Shown here piece after piece: positions 7,883 through 17,279 of a DNA stretch of 28,344 nt (positions are counted from its first letter, which is position 1; each line of letters starts with the position of its first letter). A program made the translations under genes and the position numbers. Below the pieces are notes generated by a model. That model was given only the letters and a program-made list of their open reading frames with translations, was not told where the DNA came from and did no database searches. The stretch comes from Promethearchaeota archaeon (GTDB taxonomy: Archaea; Asgardarchaeota; Lokiarchaeia; Sigyniarchaeales; SOKP01), in contig JBHLME010000055.1 in NCBI GenBank assembly GCA_048938445.1, forward strand, positions 1-28,344, read 5' to 3'.

Positions 7883-9001
7883 ATGCCGAATCTTACTGTT
7901 GTTTTAGATATTGGTCAATTTTCCTCAAAAATAGGTTTTGCAGGTGAAGATTCTCCTTCCAACGTTTTTTATACAATTGTTGGAAAGCCAAAATATCAAA
8001 ATCTTAGCGCCCAAGATGGTATCAAGCAAGAACAAGAATTATATGTCGGGGCTGAAATTCAATCATTAGGATTATTCAAAATCATTTCTCCAATAAAGAA
8101 TGGCACAATCGTTGATTGGGACTATTTTGAGAAAATCATAGATTATATTTTTTATAATTTAAGAGTAGATCCTACTTTAGTGAATGTTTTGTATTCCATT
8201 CATCCACTATTTCCATCTGAAGAATTAAAAAAATTATTTGAGTTCTTTTTAGAACGATATCAATGTATGGCGTTTTATCCTGTATTGGATTCTCAATTAA
8301 CTCTATATTCAGGGGGATTTCAAACAGGATTAATAATTGAACTAGGAGATAGTAGCACTAGAATCGTTCCGATTTATGAAGGATACAAATTAAACCATGC
8401 CATTAAAATCTTGGAAATGGGTGGTCGTGTTTTAACAAAACATATGGAGAAAATACTTGGTTCAATTGGTTTTTCAGTTGATTCTTCAATTAGAAAAGAA
8501 CTAGTTAGAGTTCTTAAAGAAAGAGCCTGTTTTGTATCGTTGGATTATAAAGAAGATTTAAGAAGGTATGAACAATATAGCAAACAATTTTCCTTACCCG
8601 ATGGATCAGTCATAACCCTAGATAAAGAAAGGTTCATGTTAACCGAAGCATTATTCGATCCTTCAATGGTTAATTTAGAAGAGGTATCATTACCTAAGGC
8701 AATCATAAATTCCATAGAAGAATGCGATTTAGATATTCGTCCAAAGTTATTAAATAATATTTTTCTTTCGGGGGGTTCTTCTATGTTTCCAAATCTTAAA
8801 TCAAGAATCTATAAAGAATTAGAATTAGAATTAGCCAGAAGAAAAAAAAAAGATCAAGCAGTAAAAATTATTGCGCCTAGAGAACGTACTTTTTCAGTGT
8901 GGATTGGGGGTTCAATATTAGCTACTATTCCAGAATTTGCTGATAATTGGGTTACACGAGCTAAATATTTTAGAGATGGTATACCTGAAGGTCTTTTATA
9001 A
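7883..9001 (+). CDS. Actin-family protein (divergent Asgard actin-related protein)
   Basis: Colinear with eukaryotic actin: VVLDIGQFSSKIGFAGEDSP, IVGKPK, LYVGAE, IVDWD, IVPIYEGY, KERACFVSLDY, LPDGSVI, CDLDIR, LSGGSSMFP, KIIAPRERTFSVWIGGSILA. Confidence 0.95.
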   Translation: MPNLTVVLDIGQFSSKIGFAGEDSPSNVFYTIVGKPKYQNLSAQDGIKQEQELYVGAEIQSLGLFKIISPIKNGTIVDWDYFEKIIDYIFYNLRVDPTLVNVLYSIHPLFPSEELKKLFEFFLERYQCMAFYPVLDSQLTLYSGGFQTGLIIELGDSSTRIVPIYEGYKLNHAIKILEMGGRVLTKHMEKILGSIGFSVDSSIRKELVRVLKERACFVSLDYKEDLRRYEQYSKQFSLPDGSVITLDKERFMLTEALFDPSMVNLEEVSLPKAIINSIEECDLDIRPKLLNNIFLSGGSSMFPNLKSRIYKELELELARRKKKDQAVKIIAPRERTFSVWIGGSILATIPEFADNWVTRAKYFRDGIPEGLL

Positions 9002-9171
9002 TATAGTTTTTGAAAATTTTATTAATTTAGATCAAATCGTATTTTTTTATGACTTTGATGAAATTTTTAATATTTATTATCCCCGTGTTATCACAGTATC
9101 ATATTTTATTAAATAATTTCTTTGATACTTGAATAATTGAAATATATTATTTTTATAGGTGATTTATAAAA

Positions 9172-9549
9172 TTGGAAAATATAAATAAAGAAAAGATTGA
9201 TGATTCTCTAAATGCTCAAGATGAGAAATATCAAGATGATTCAAACTTATTCAATAAAATTAAAGGAATTAAAACACCAGTAAAAAATGAACTTCTAATG
9301 ACTTTATTAGATGGTGAATGGCACTCTGAATCTGAATTAATAAGAATCGCCAAAAAACAACGTCAATATGCAGGCGCAGTATTAGTAGGCACGATGTTAA
9401 ACTCAATTAATGCACTTAGTCAGCAGGTATTCTTAATGAAAATAATTATTAATGGAGAATGGCATTTTAAGATATCTGATAATTATGTCGGTTTGACTCG
9501 AGCGGCATATACTAAATCTGCATATAAGAATTTTGCTCGTCTGGATTAA
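9172..9549 (+). CDS. Small protein, probable winged-helix fold
   Basis: KNELLMTLLDGEWHSESELIRIAKK...helix...LMKIIINGEWHFKI resembles a wHTH with a beta-wing. AGGTGA RBS precedes the TTG start. Confidence 0.55.
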   Translation: MENINKEKIDDSLNAQDEKYQDDSNLFNKIKGIKTPVKNELLMTLLDGEWHSESELIRIAKKQRQYAGAVLVGTMLNSINALSQQVFLMKIIINGEWHFKISDNYVGLTRAAYTKSAYKNFARLD

Positions 9550-9552
9550 TAA

Positions 9553-11721
9553 TCACTTCTCCACGCATTTACCTCTAGAAATCTTATATTTTTTACAGTT
9601 TGAACAAAATCCTTCACCTGTTTTATCATCTAGTCCTTCTTTCCAACATTTTGGGCATAAATGGTAGGTGTATGTTTTATTACTTTTTCTTGTTGATATT
9701 TTAAATGCATTCATTCCACATAAAGAACAAGTAGTTTTTAACATAGTTATTGTTCCTTTTTTAGGTAATGGTAAATATGTTTTGCAATTATCGTCTGAAC
9801 ATACTAAAAATCGTTTTCCTTTTAAATTAATAAATTTCATTGGTTGCGATTGACATTTCGGACATTTTCCTTCTGTGAGTGGAAACCTTCCATCATTCTT
9901 TATTTCATATTCCCTCGCAGTTTTTACAAATTCATCTCTTTTTGAAATAAATTTGTCAAAAAGATCCAAGAATTTCTTTTTAATTTCACCTACTACACCC
10001 TCCATTTCTCTTTTTTCATCTTTAATATCCTCAAGATTTTTTTCAATCCATTTAGTGAATTCAGGTTCTAAAAAAGGAAGCCAAACCTTCATAAGGCTTT
10101 CAATTAAAAATATTCCTAAATCAGAGCAATGAAATCTGCTTTTTTTTCCCTCTTTTTCCTTAAAAATAACTTTTCTTTTTTCCATTATTTGTATGATGGT
10201 GGGTCTTGTAGCTTTTGTACCCAATCCATGCTTTTCCATCAATTTTAAAAGGGTAGTATCATTATATCTTGGGGGAGGACGTGTTTCTTTTTCTTGGATT
10301 TCAATTTCCTTCACAGGTATTGTATCACCTTTTATTTCAATCTCAATATCATATTTAGGTTTTAAAAAAGGTGCAATCTCAAAGAAACCCTCATCAACTA
10401 GGGATACTATCTGAGCTATAAATGGTTCATCTTTAATCAACAAATCTAAATCTTGTTTTGATTCTGTTGCTTCCTTTCCAAATAATGCTAAATAATGTCT
10501 CGCAAGCAAATCATAAGCTTTTCTCTCAATTGCATTCTCAAATCTATTATTACTTAATTCCAAGCTTTCTATTGGAGTAATTGGAGGATGATCTCCAGCA
10601 TCCTTTTTACCTTTTGTGGGAATTGTTCTTTTTTCATTTAATAATTTCCTTGTATAATTTCCATATAGAGAATGTTTTGTAAATTCATTTAAGAATTGTA
10701 AATGGTCAAAATCGGATTTATATACATCACTATCAGTTCTAGGATAAGAAATTATTTTATTCAAGTAAAGGGAATTCATTGTATCCATAGCTTTCTTCGC
10801 ACTTATCTTTAAGTTTTTAGTGAGTAAAACTAATGCTTTATTGGTATTGAGTGGAGTAGGTGGCTTTCTTTTCACAAGGTTCTGGTTAAAATTTTCAATA
10901 ATAGCGATTTTTTCATTCTTAATTTTCTCATAAATTTTCCTTGCTTTTTCTTCATCTTTTTTATTGAATGGATTTAACTTGTGATGGGCTCTAAAAGTAT
11001 CATTTTCCGCTATTAAAGTAGCATCAATAGTAAAGTACTTTTCAGGAACAAATTCTTTTATTTCCTTTTCCCGTAAATATAATAAATATAATGATGAAGT
11101 TTGAACTCTTCCAATTGAAGTCCAATTGACTTTAAATTTTAGTAAAGCAGGCTGTAATGAATTTGTTACTTCTCTTGTAGCAGAAAAGCCTATTATAGCG
11201 TCTAAAATGGCCCTAGCCTCGCCAGTTTCTGCCCAACTATATTTGGGATCAACAAGATTTTTATACTTATTTTGAATTTCACTTTTTTGAAGTGTACTCA
11301 ACCATAATTGGGAAACTTTTATTTTAGGATTTACTTTTTTAACATAGGGAAGAGCATCTATAATTCCAATATTACATCCTTCAATATCTGCATCAGTTCC
11401 AATAATGCAATGGTTGCTATTTTTTGCATATTCTTGAAGTGTTTTTACATATGGGCTCATTCCTCTTATTTGATATTTTTTTATAGCTTTTTTATTAGTT
11501 ATAATTTCACGTGGGATTGGATTTTTCCAATTCTTAAATTCAGGAGTATTTCTATGTTCCAATAAATGACCTCTTAAAGGTATAACATAAATATCTTTAG
11601 AAGGAACGTTATAAACATATACATATTGAGATTTTTTAATTGATTTCACAGATCCAAGTGCTTCAGCAATAGACTTTGCAGCCTTGCTTTTTTCAGCAAT
11701 AATAATTGTTGTCATTTTCAA
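9553..11721 (-). CDS. topA: Type IA DNA topoisomerase (archaeal TopA/Topo III type) with C-terminal zinc-binding repeats
   Basis: Toprim IIAEK and GTDADIEG, SIGRVQT, catalytic ISYPRTDS, DHPPITP, GLGTKATR and C-terminal CxxC pairs. Confidence 0.93.
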   Translation of the reverse strand: MKMTTIIIAEKSKAAKSIAEALGSVKSIKKSQYVYVYNVPSKDIYVIPLRGHLLEHRNTPEFKNWKNPIPREIITNKKAIKKYQIRGMSPYVKTLQEYAKNSNHCIIGTDADIEGCNIGIIDALPYVKKVNPKIKVSQLWLSTLQKSEIQNKYKNLVDPKYSWAETGEARAILDAIIGFSATREVTNSLQPALLKFKVNWTSIGRVQTSSLYLLYLREKEIKEFVPEKYFTIDATLIAENDTFRAHHKLNPFNKKDEEKARKIYEKIKNEKIAIIENFNQNLVKRKPPTPLNTNKALVLLTKNLKISAKKAMDTMNSLYLNKIISYPRTDSDVYKSDFDHLQFLNEFTKHSLYGNYTRKLLNEKRTIPTKGKKDAGDHPPITPIESLELSNNRFENAIERKAYDLLARHYLALFGKEATESKQDLDLLIKDEPFIAQIVSLVDEGFFEIAPFLKPKYDIEIEIKGDTIPVKEIEIQEKETRPPPRYNDTTLLKLMEKHGLGTKATRPTIIQIMEKRKVIFKEKEGKKSRFHCSDLGIFLIESLMKVWLPFLEPEFTKWIEKNLEDIKDEKREMEGVVGEIKKKFLDLFDKFISKRDEFVKTAREYEIKNDGRFPLTEGKCPKCQSQPMKFINLKGKRFLVCSDDNCKTYLPLPKKGTITMLKTTCSLCGMNAFKISTRKSNKTYTYHLCPKCWKEGLDDKTGEGFCSNCKKYKISRGKCVEK

Positions 11722-11834
11722 TACTATTATGATTTGATATATTTAATGTCTTAGTAATCAAAGGTTTAATAATTAATTAAGGTAGTAATTAGAAATTTTA
11801 CTTTAAAAATGAATAATTAATAAAAAATTTAAAA

Positions 11835-14800
11835 TTATATTGGTAAGGTGAAGTAAAATTCAGCTCCACGATTTTTTCCTCGTGATTCAACCCATATTTT
11901 ACCTCCATGAGCTTCTATAATTCCCTTAGTGATATATAACCCTAAACCACTTCCCTTTTCTAAATTAGAGAAATTTTCAATATCTTGATCAATCATCACG
12001 AATTTTCCAAAAAGTTGATGTATTTCTGAGTCAGTTAAACCTATTCCAAAATCCTTAATTTTAAAAATTTGAAAGTTTTGTCTTTTATCGGTTGAGATAT
12101 GGATTTGACCGCCATTTTTTGAAAATTTTATAGCATTAGAAAAGAGGTTAGAAAAGACTTGTGAAATACGAAATGCGTCAATATTCAATGGTAAATATTT
12201 ATCTATTAATACTTCTACTTTGATGTTTTTTTCATGGAGTTGAAAATTTAATTCGGATATGCAATTTTCTATTATCTCACAAATATTTTCGATCTTAAGA
12301 TTTAATTCTATTTTTTTAGCATCTATTTTCATTACATCCATTAATTGCTCTATATAACGTTCTAATCGAGATGCATTCCTCAGTGATCTTGATAAATCAT
12401 TTAATGTCTCAACCTTCAAATCATTATCCCTAGTAATAACTAGATCCAAATATCCGATAATTGAGATCAAGGGTGTTTTTAATTCATGAGCAGCGATAGT
12501 AATGAAATCCGATTTTAATTTATCTAATTTTTTCAGTTCAATATTCTGTTCGCGTAATTTCCTCTCAGATTCTATTAAGCTTTCTTCAAATTTTTTCTTA
12601 TCTGTTATATCAACAGTCATCGCTAGAAGCGCGGGATGTTCTTGATAAATCATATCCTTGAAATATACATCTAACCAACGTATTTTATTACTTTTTGTTA
12701 TTATTTTAAAACTTACTTGAGCTGTATAAGGTTCTTCATTAATTCCAGTTTCTTGAGCTCTCGTTATTTCTACTAAGTTATTCATGATAAAAAGGAAATC
12801 ATCTGGATGGAATATTTTTTTCATTTCAAATCTTTTCCATTGCCTTATCTCATCTATAGAATACTCAATTAATAATGATAAAGCATTATTGGCATATTTT
12901 ATAACGCCATTTTGGATTATTGCTATTCCCATTAATGCTTGCTCCGCAATTGTTCTGAATCTAATTTCTGATTCTTTTAATTTCATTTGAACTAAATTTC
13001 GATCAGTAATATCTTCTGAAGTACAAATTACATATTCAACTTCTCCATTTTCATCTAATTTTGGAGTTTTTGTTACTGAAAATAATCTTTGATCGCCCTC
13101 CTTACTTGTAACCCATTCTTCTGTTTTAATTTTTATTTTTTCAGTAAATACGATATGATTTCCTTCAATACATTTTTCATATTCCTCCTTTATTCGAAAA
13201 TTACTTATTTTTTTATTTTCAATGTCTTGTTGATCAATTCCAATAAATTCTGCGTGCGCTTTGTTTATAGCACCATAAGTATCCTCCGATTTTAAATACC
13301 AAATCTGAGTATTTGTATTATCTAAAAGTAATGCTTGCTCGTCCGATTTACGCTGTAATAATTCTTTTGACTTTTTTAATTCATTTGTTCTTTTTTCAAT
13401 TTCGTTTTCAAGCAGTTTATTGAATTTTTTTAAATTTTCTTCTCCTTTTTTAGTATCTGTTATATCCATTGTGATAAATAAATCAGCAACTTTTCCCATA
13501 AAGGGAATGGTCTTTGAAATACTCTTAAACCATCGAGTTCTACCACTCTTTGTAATGATCCTATATTGAAAATGTAGATAATTATTATTTTCACCAGCTT
13601 TTCTTTTAGATATAGCCATTATAAAGGGTTTTATATCATCTGGGTGTATGATTTTTAAGAAATCTTTAACTTTCCAATTTTTAACTTCATTTTGAGTGAA
13701 ACCGATTAATTCAACTGCTCTCTGATTAATGTATTTAATATCATAATCTTGAAAAATACATATACCAACCCAAGATCTTTCAGCTATAGAACGGAATTTT
13801 TCTTCAGACTCTTGTAATTTTATTTCAGTTTGTTTTCTGTCATCAATATCTTGAATAATTACCTGTATGAAATTATCTTCTCCTAATTTAATTAGTGAAC
13901 CATGATAATGAACCCATTTCATTTCACCATCTTTAGTATATAGTTGTATGTCTCTCTCGGGATTTTCTCCTTCAAATAATCTTTTAAAATCTTCCGTAAC
14001 TTCAGGAATATATTGCTTTGGGAGGCCAGAAACTTGAAGGAAATTTTTATATAATAAATCACTTCTAGAAAATCCCGATAAAAATTCACTAGATCGGTTA
14101 CATTCTATTATTTCTCCATTGCTATTCATTATAAGTATTGCATTTGGAGATCTTTCAAATAAATTTCTAAATTTTTTCTCAGATTTAATTAATCTATCTT
14201 CTGAAATTTTGTGTTCGGTTATATCTCTTGAAATTATAAGTTGTTTATTCTTACCATCTGTATCATTAAATGTCTTACCTTTAATTTCAAAAGTTTTAAA
14301 TGTTCCATCCTTAAATTGAACAGTTACTTCTTGATTTTTAATTCCCTCGATTATATAAGAACATTTAAGATTAACATATTCAGAAATTTGTTCTTTTGTG
14401 AAACCAAATAAATCCTTTAACACATCATCATTCAAATAATCTGTTATAATTGAATCTCCCTCACGTATTAATATTAAATCTTGAGTATGATTCATGATGA
14501 TCTTGAATAAATGTGCAGCTTCTTTAACTTTTTTTTCTGCTAACTTCCGTTCTGTTATATCTCGTAATGTTAGCAAGATTTTTAATTTTCCAGAATAGCT
14601 TTTAAAAATTTTTCCAAAAACTTCAAACCAATGCCAAAATCCATCTTTATGATTTAATCTAATATCAATTGAGTCATCTTTTTTATCATTAAGGTTTTTT
14701 AGGAAAATTTTAAATTCTTTCCTCTCGTCAGGATGATTAAATTTTAAAAATTTTTTATTTAGAACACTATCTTCAGAATATCCTAATGCTTTAAAAAAAC

Positions 14801-15269
14801 TAGTTTGGTTTACATATTCAATTTTTAATTTTTGATCTAATACTATTATTAAATCTCTCAAGTTTTCGTGTATTAGCGGTAATATTTCTATATTTTTCAA
14901 AAGTTGCGTCTCATTTACGTTAACAATGTTAATCAGCTTTGTTATACCTCGATAACCTTTAAAATTTTTATCCTCATCATAAAATGGTATAGCATTGATA
15001 TTATAATAAACTAAATAACCGTTTACATCAGAAAATTTAGTTTTAAAATCTATAATAGGTTCTTTATTTGTTAAATATTTTCGAGGGACAATTTCAAATA
15101 AATTTTTTTCTAAGAATTGTATGAATGTATAACCATGAAATATTTTAGAATGTTTTTTGTAATATGTAAAATTTCCAAATTCATCGGTTTCCCAAACCCA
15201 ATCACTTATATGTCTGATTATTTCACTACTAATTTCCATTAATTTTGATAAATAAGATGGTTCAATCAA
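11835..15269 (-). CDS. Cytoplasmic multi-PAS sensor histidine kinase
   Basis: About seven PAS/PAC units, several ending in DITE/DITD. H-box AAHELKTPL, N-box FSNAIKFS, DFGIG and GSGLGLYI. No TM segment seen. Confidence 0.93.
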   Translation of the reverse strand: MIEPSYLSKLMEISSEIIRHISDWVWETDEFGNFTYYKKHSKIFHGYTFIQFLEKNLFEIVPRKYLTNKEPIIDFKTKFSDVNGYLVYYNINAIPFYDEDKNFKGYRGITKLINIVNVNETQLLKNIEILPLIHENLRDLIIVLDQKLKIEYVNQTSFFKALGYSEDSVLNKKFLKFNHPDERKEFKIFLKNLNDKKDDSIDIRLNHKDGFWHWFEVFGKIFKSYSGKLKILLTLRDITERKLAEKKVKEAAHLFKIIMNHTQDLILIREGDSIITDYLNDDVLKDLFGFTKEQISEYVNLKCSYIIEGIKNQEVTVQFKDGTFKTFEIKGKTFNDTDGKNKQLIISRDITEHKISEDRLIKSEKKFRNLFERSPNAILIMNSNGEIIECNRSSEFLSGFSRSDLLYKNFLQVSGLPKQYIPEVTEDFKRLFEGENPERDIQLYTKDGEMKWVHYHGSLIKLGEDNFIQVIIQDIDDRKQTEIKLQESEEKFRSIAERSWVGICIFQDYDIKYINQRAVELIGFTQNEVKNWKVKDFLKIIHPDDIKPFIMAISKRKAGENNNYLHFQYRIITKSGRTRWFKSISKTIPFMGKVADLFITMDITDTKKGEENLKKFNKLLENEIEKRTNELKKSKELLQRKSDEQALLLDNTNTQIWYLKSEDTYGAINKAHAEFIGIDQQDIENKKISNFRIKEEYEKCIEGNHIVFTEKIKIKTEEWVTSKEGDQRLFSVTKTPKLDENGEVEYVICTSEDITDRNLVQMKLKESEIRFRTIAEQALMGIAIIQNGVIKYANNALSLLIEYSIDEIRQWKRFEMKKIFHPDDFLFIMNNLVEITRAQETGINEEPYTAQVSFKIITKSNKIRWLDVYFKDMIYQEHPALLAMTVDITDKKKFEESLIESERKLREQNIELKKLDKLKSDFITIAAHELKTPLISIIGYLDLVITRDNDLKVETLNDLSRSLRNASRLERYIEQLMDVMKIDAKKIELNLKIENICEIIENCISELNFQLHEKNIKVEVLIDKYLPLNIDAFRISQVFSNLFSNAIKFSKNGGQIHISTDKRQNFQIFKIKDFGIGLTDSEIHQLFGKFVMIDQDIENFSNLEKGSGLGLYITKGIIEAHGGKIWVESRGKNRGAEFYFTLPI

Positions 15270-15446
15270 ACTTAAAATTCCTCAAAAATAAATGTTAAAA
15301 TTGAAAATCAATTAATAATTGTAGATATAAAAATATTAAAATCCCAAGTAATATACACACATTATCATTGACATTTAAGACAAAACACTTTTCATTTTCT
15401 AAAAATTCACTGAAACAATAAGAAAAATTTCTTTCATTTATGAGGA

Positions 15447-16553
15447 TTAGCCTAATTTTCCCGCCCACCCTCTAACTATTTTTCTCATTTTTTTTTGACC
15501 TTCTGTGATAATTTCTAATTCTTCATTTGTTTTATTTGTTAAATTAAAAATTTCGGGGATAAATCCATATTTTATGAAAAATTTTTTACTTTCCTTAGAA
15601 ATTAATCCATTGTTAATATTTTTTGGATTGTTTTTAAATTTTCCACAATTAGATTCCCAATTATCTAAAAACTCTGGAAGCGTATTTTTATTTTGAAATA
15701 TAGGTAATAGACCTAAATTATTTGGTGTTGTAATAGCGACATTTGACCGAGAGATTGTGAAATTATTGCCATTAAAAGAAACCGCAACACCTCCCTCATC
15801 TTTCAATCTCTGTAGCATGTTAATATCTGTAATTGAGTCTCCAATTGCGATCATTTCAGATATGGGAATATTAGTTTTATCAGATATATTCTCAATAGCC
15901 GCTTCTTTTCTCTTACCTCCCCGCACTTTTACTTGATTCATTACTTTGATATAGTCCGATTCAGCTCCTTTCCAAAAGAAATTATCAAGATCATCAATAA
16001 CACTATCTAAATCTTTATTTTTATCAAGATATTTTTGAAATATATCTTTCACGAGGATATTTACGGAATCCTCTATGTTTTTTACATTTTTTTTTAATTC
16101 TTTTACATTTAGATCAGTACAATAAACATGATCCGCGGGGATATTTAATGCTTTTGTTATAGTATGCGCAAATTGAGTATAACTTGTAGATATTACATAA
16201 ATATCCCATTTTTTGTGGAGGAATTTAATTAATTCTTGGCATCCTGGTAATAAACCTAAGTTTTTCTGAGCTAGATTCAATAGTTCATTATCAGAATAAC
16301 AAGCGATATAAAGTGGTGCCATTATCCTTAAAGTATCACCGGGTTGATAATCAGGAATATTAAGTTTAGTTTTAACTCCTGGAACATCAATTATGTAATC
16401 ATCGTAATTTGAAATCATAAAAAAAAATTCACTCATGTCATATTTTTTCAGACCTAATTCAGGTTTTTGATTTAACATTCTTCCAATATCTGCAGCAAAA
16501 TCTATAACTGAAAGTGGCCCTTCGAGATCAAAAGCACATACTTGATCAATCAT
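15447..16553 (-). CDS. HAD-superfamily hydrolase (EhaR-like archaeal family)
   Basis: Motif I FDLEGPLS, motif II VISTSY, motif IV IGDSITDINML, plus PGDTL and VSFNGN as recalled for EhaR-like proteins. Confidence 0.75.
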   Translation of the reverse strand: MIDQVCAFDLEGPLSVIDFAADIGRMLNQKPELGLKKYDMSEFFFMISNYDDYIIDVPGVKTKLNIPDYQPGDTLRIMAPLYIACYSDNELLNLAQKNLGLLPGCQELIKFLHKKWDIYVISTSYTQFAHTITKALNIPADHVYCTDLNVKELKKNVKNIEDSVNILVKDIFQKYLDKNKDLDSVIDDLDNFFWKGAESDYIKVMNQVKVRGGKRKEAAIENISDKTNIPISEMIAIGDSITDINMLQRLKDEGGVAVSFNGNNFTISRSNVAITTPNNLGLLPIFQNKNTLPEFLDNWESNCGKFKNNPKNINNGLISKESKKFFIKYGFIPEIFNLTNKTNEELEIITEGQKKMRKIVRGWAGKLG

Positions 16554-16715
16554 ATTCAGTCTTCCTTATACTACTTTATTTGTAATAATTTCAGAATAAA
16601 ATTTTAAATAGCTTCTTATTAAGTAATTATTATTAGGATGTATTTTGATTGAATAACTAATGATGAAAATTTTTATTTAATTTCGTGATAAGGATAATAG
16701 AAAGTATTCGAAAAT

Positions 16716-17204
16716 CTATAGCTTAATTTTAAAAATCTCTTCAATTTCTTTATTTTTTTTAATTTCTCGCTCTAAAATTTCTCTCCAATTCGGTTCTATT
16801 GCATCAAAACCTTTTTCAGCAAGAGTTCTAATTTCATCATCATCTGAATTCAAGAAAGTACCAATATAAACTAATGCTCTTTTATCTTTTAAACGTGTTA
16901 AACTTTCGATAATATAAATTATCGAAAATTTATCGACTTCAGGTTTTTCAAGTTCTTTTTTTAAATATTCACATATAATTATAGTTGCTTTTGGATTACC
17001 AATTTTTCCCATAGCCTCAACAATCTTATTACAAACAGATTTATCTTTTTCCTTTTTTAATGCTTTACACATTAAATTTACAGCTCTACCATCTTTTAAT
17101 ATACCCAATTTTCTTGCAGCTTCAGCTCTTTCTTGCCAATTTTCTGCTTGAAATAATTGTGAAATTAAACTATTGAATTCTTTATTTTGTTCGTGCCAAG
17201 TCAT
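16716..17204 (-). CDS. Short HEAT-repeat protein
   Basis: WQERAEAARKLGILKDGRAV, IVEAMGKIGNPKA, LNSDDDEIRTLA. Confidence 0.85.
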   Translation of the reverse strand: MTWHEQNKEFNSLISQLFQAENWQERAEAARKLGILKDGRAVNLMCKALKKEKDKSVCNKIVEAMGKIGNPKATIIICEYLKKELEKPEVDKFSIIYIIESLTRLKDKRALVYIGTFLNSDDDEIRTLAEKGFDAIEPNWREILEREIKKNKEIEEIFKIKL

Positions 17205-17279
17205 TACTGTATAAAAAATTATAATTATTAATATTATAACTTGAGCATTATGAAATATAAAAAGTATTTTAAAAGGATG

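Noticed and set aside
9082-9129. Imperfect palindrome CCGTGTTATCACAG and the AGTATCA...TGATACT inverted pair upstream of the wHTH-like gene
   Set aside because: Short, imperfect and seen only once. Not distinguishable from chance without orthologous promoters.
9553-9555. TGA stops (topA here, SET gene at 1365) as selenocysteine readthrough
   Set aside because: Both proteins look complete at the TGA and run straight into convergent genes. No SECIS-like hairpin was recognised.
4357-17204. The HEAT-repeat genes (4357-6033, 16716-17204, also 1-369) as one system or vesicle-coat components
   Set aside because: They are dispersed, PBS-lyase-type repeats common in archaea, and no beta-propeller or adaptor partner is seen.
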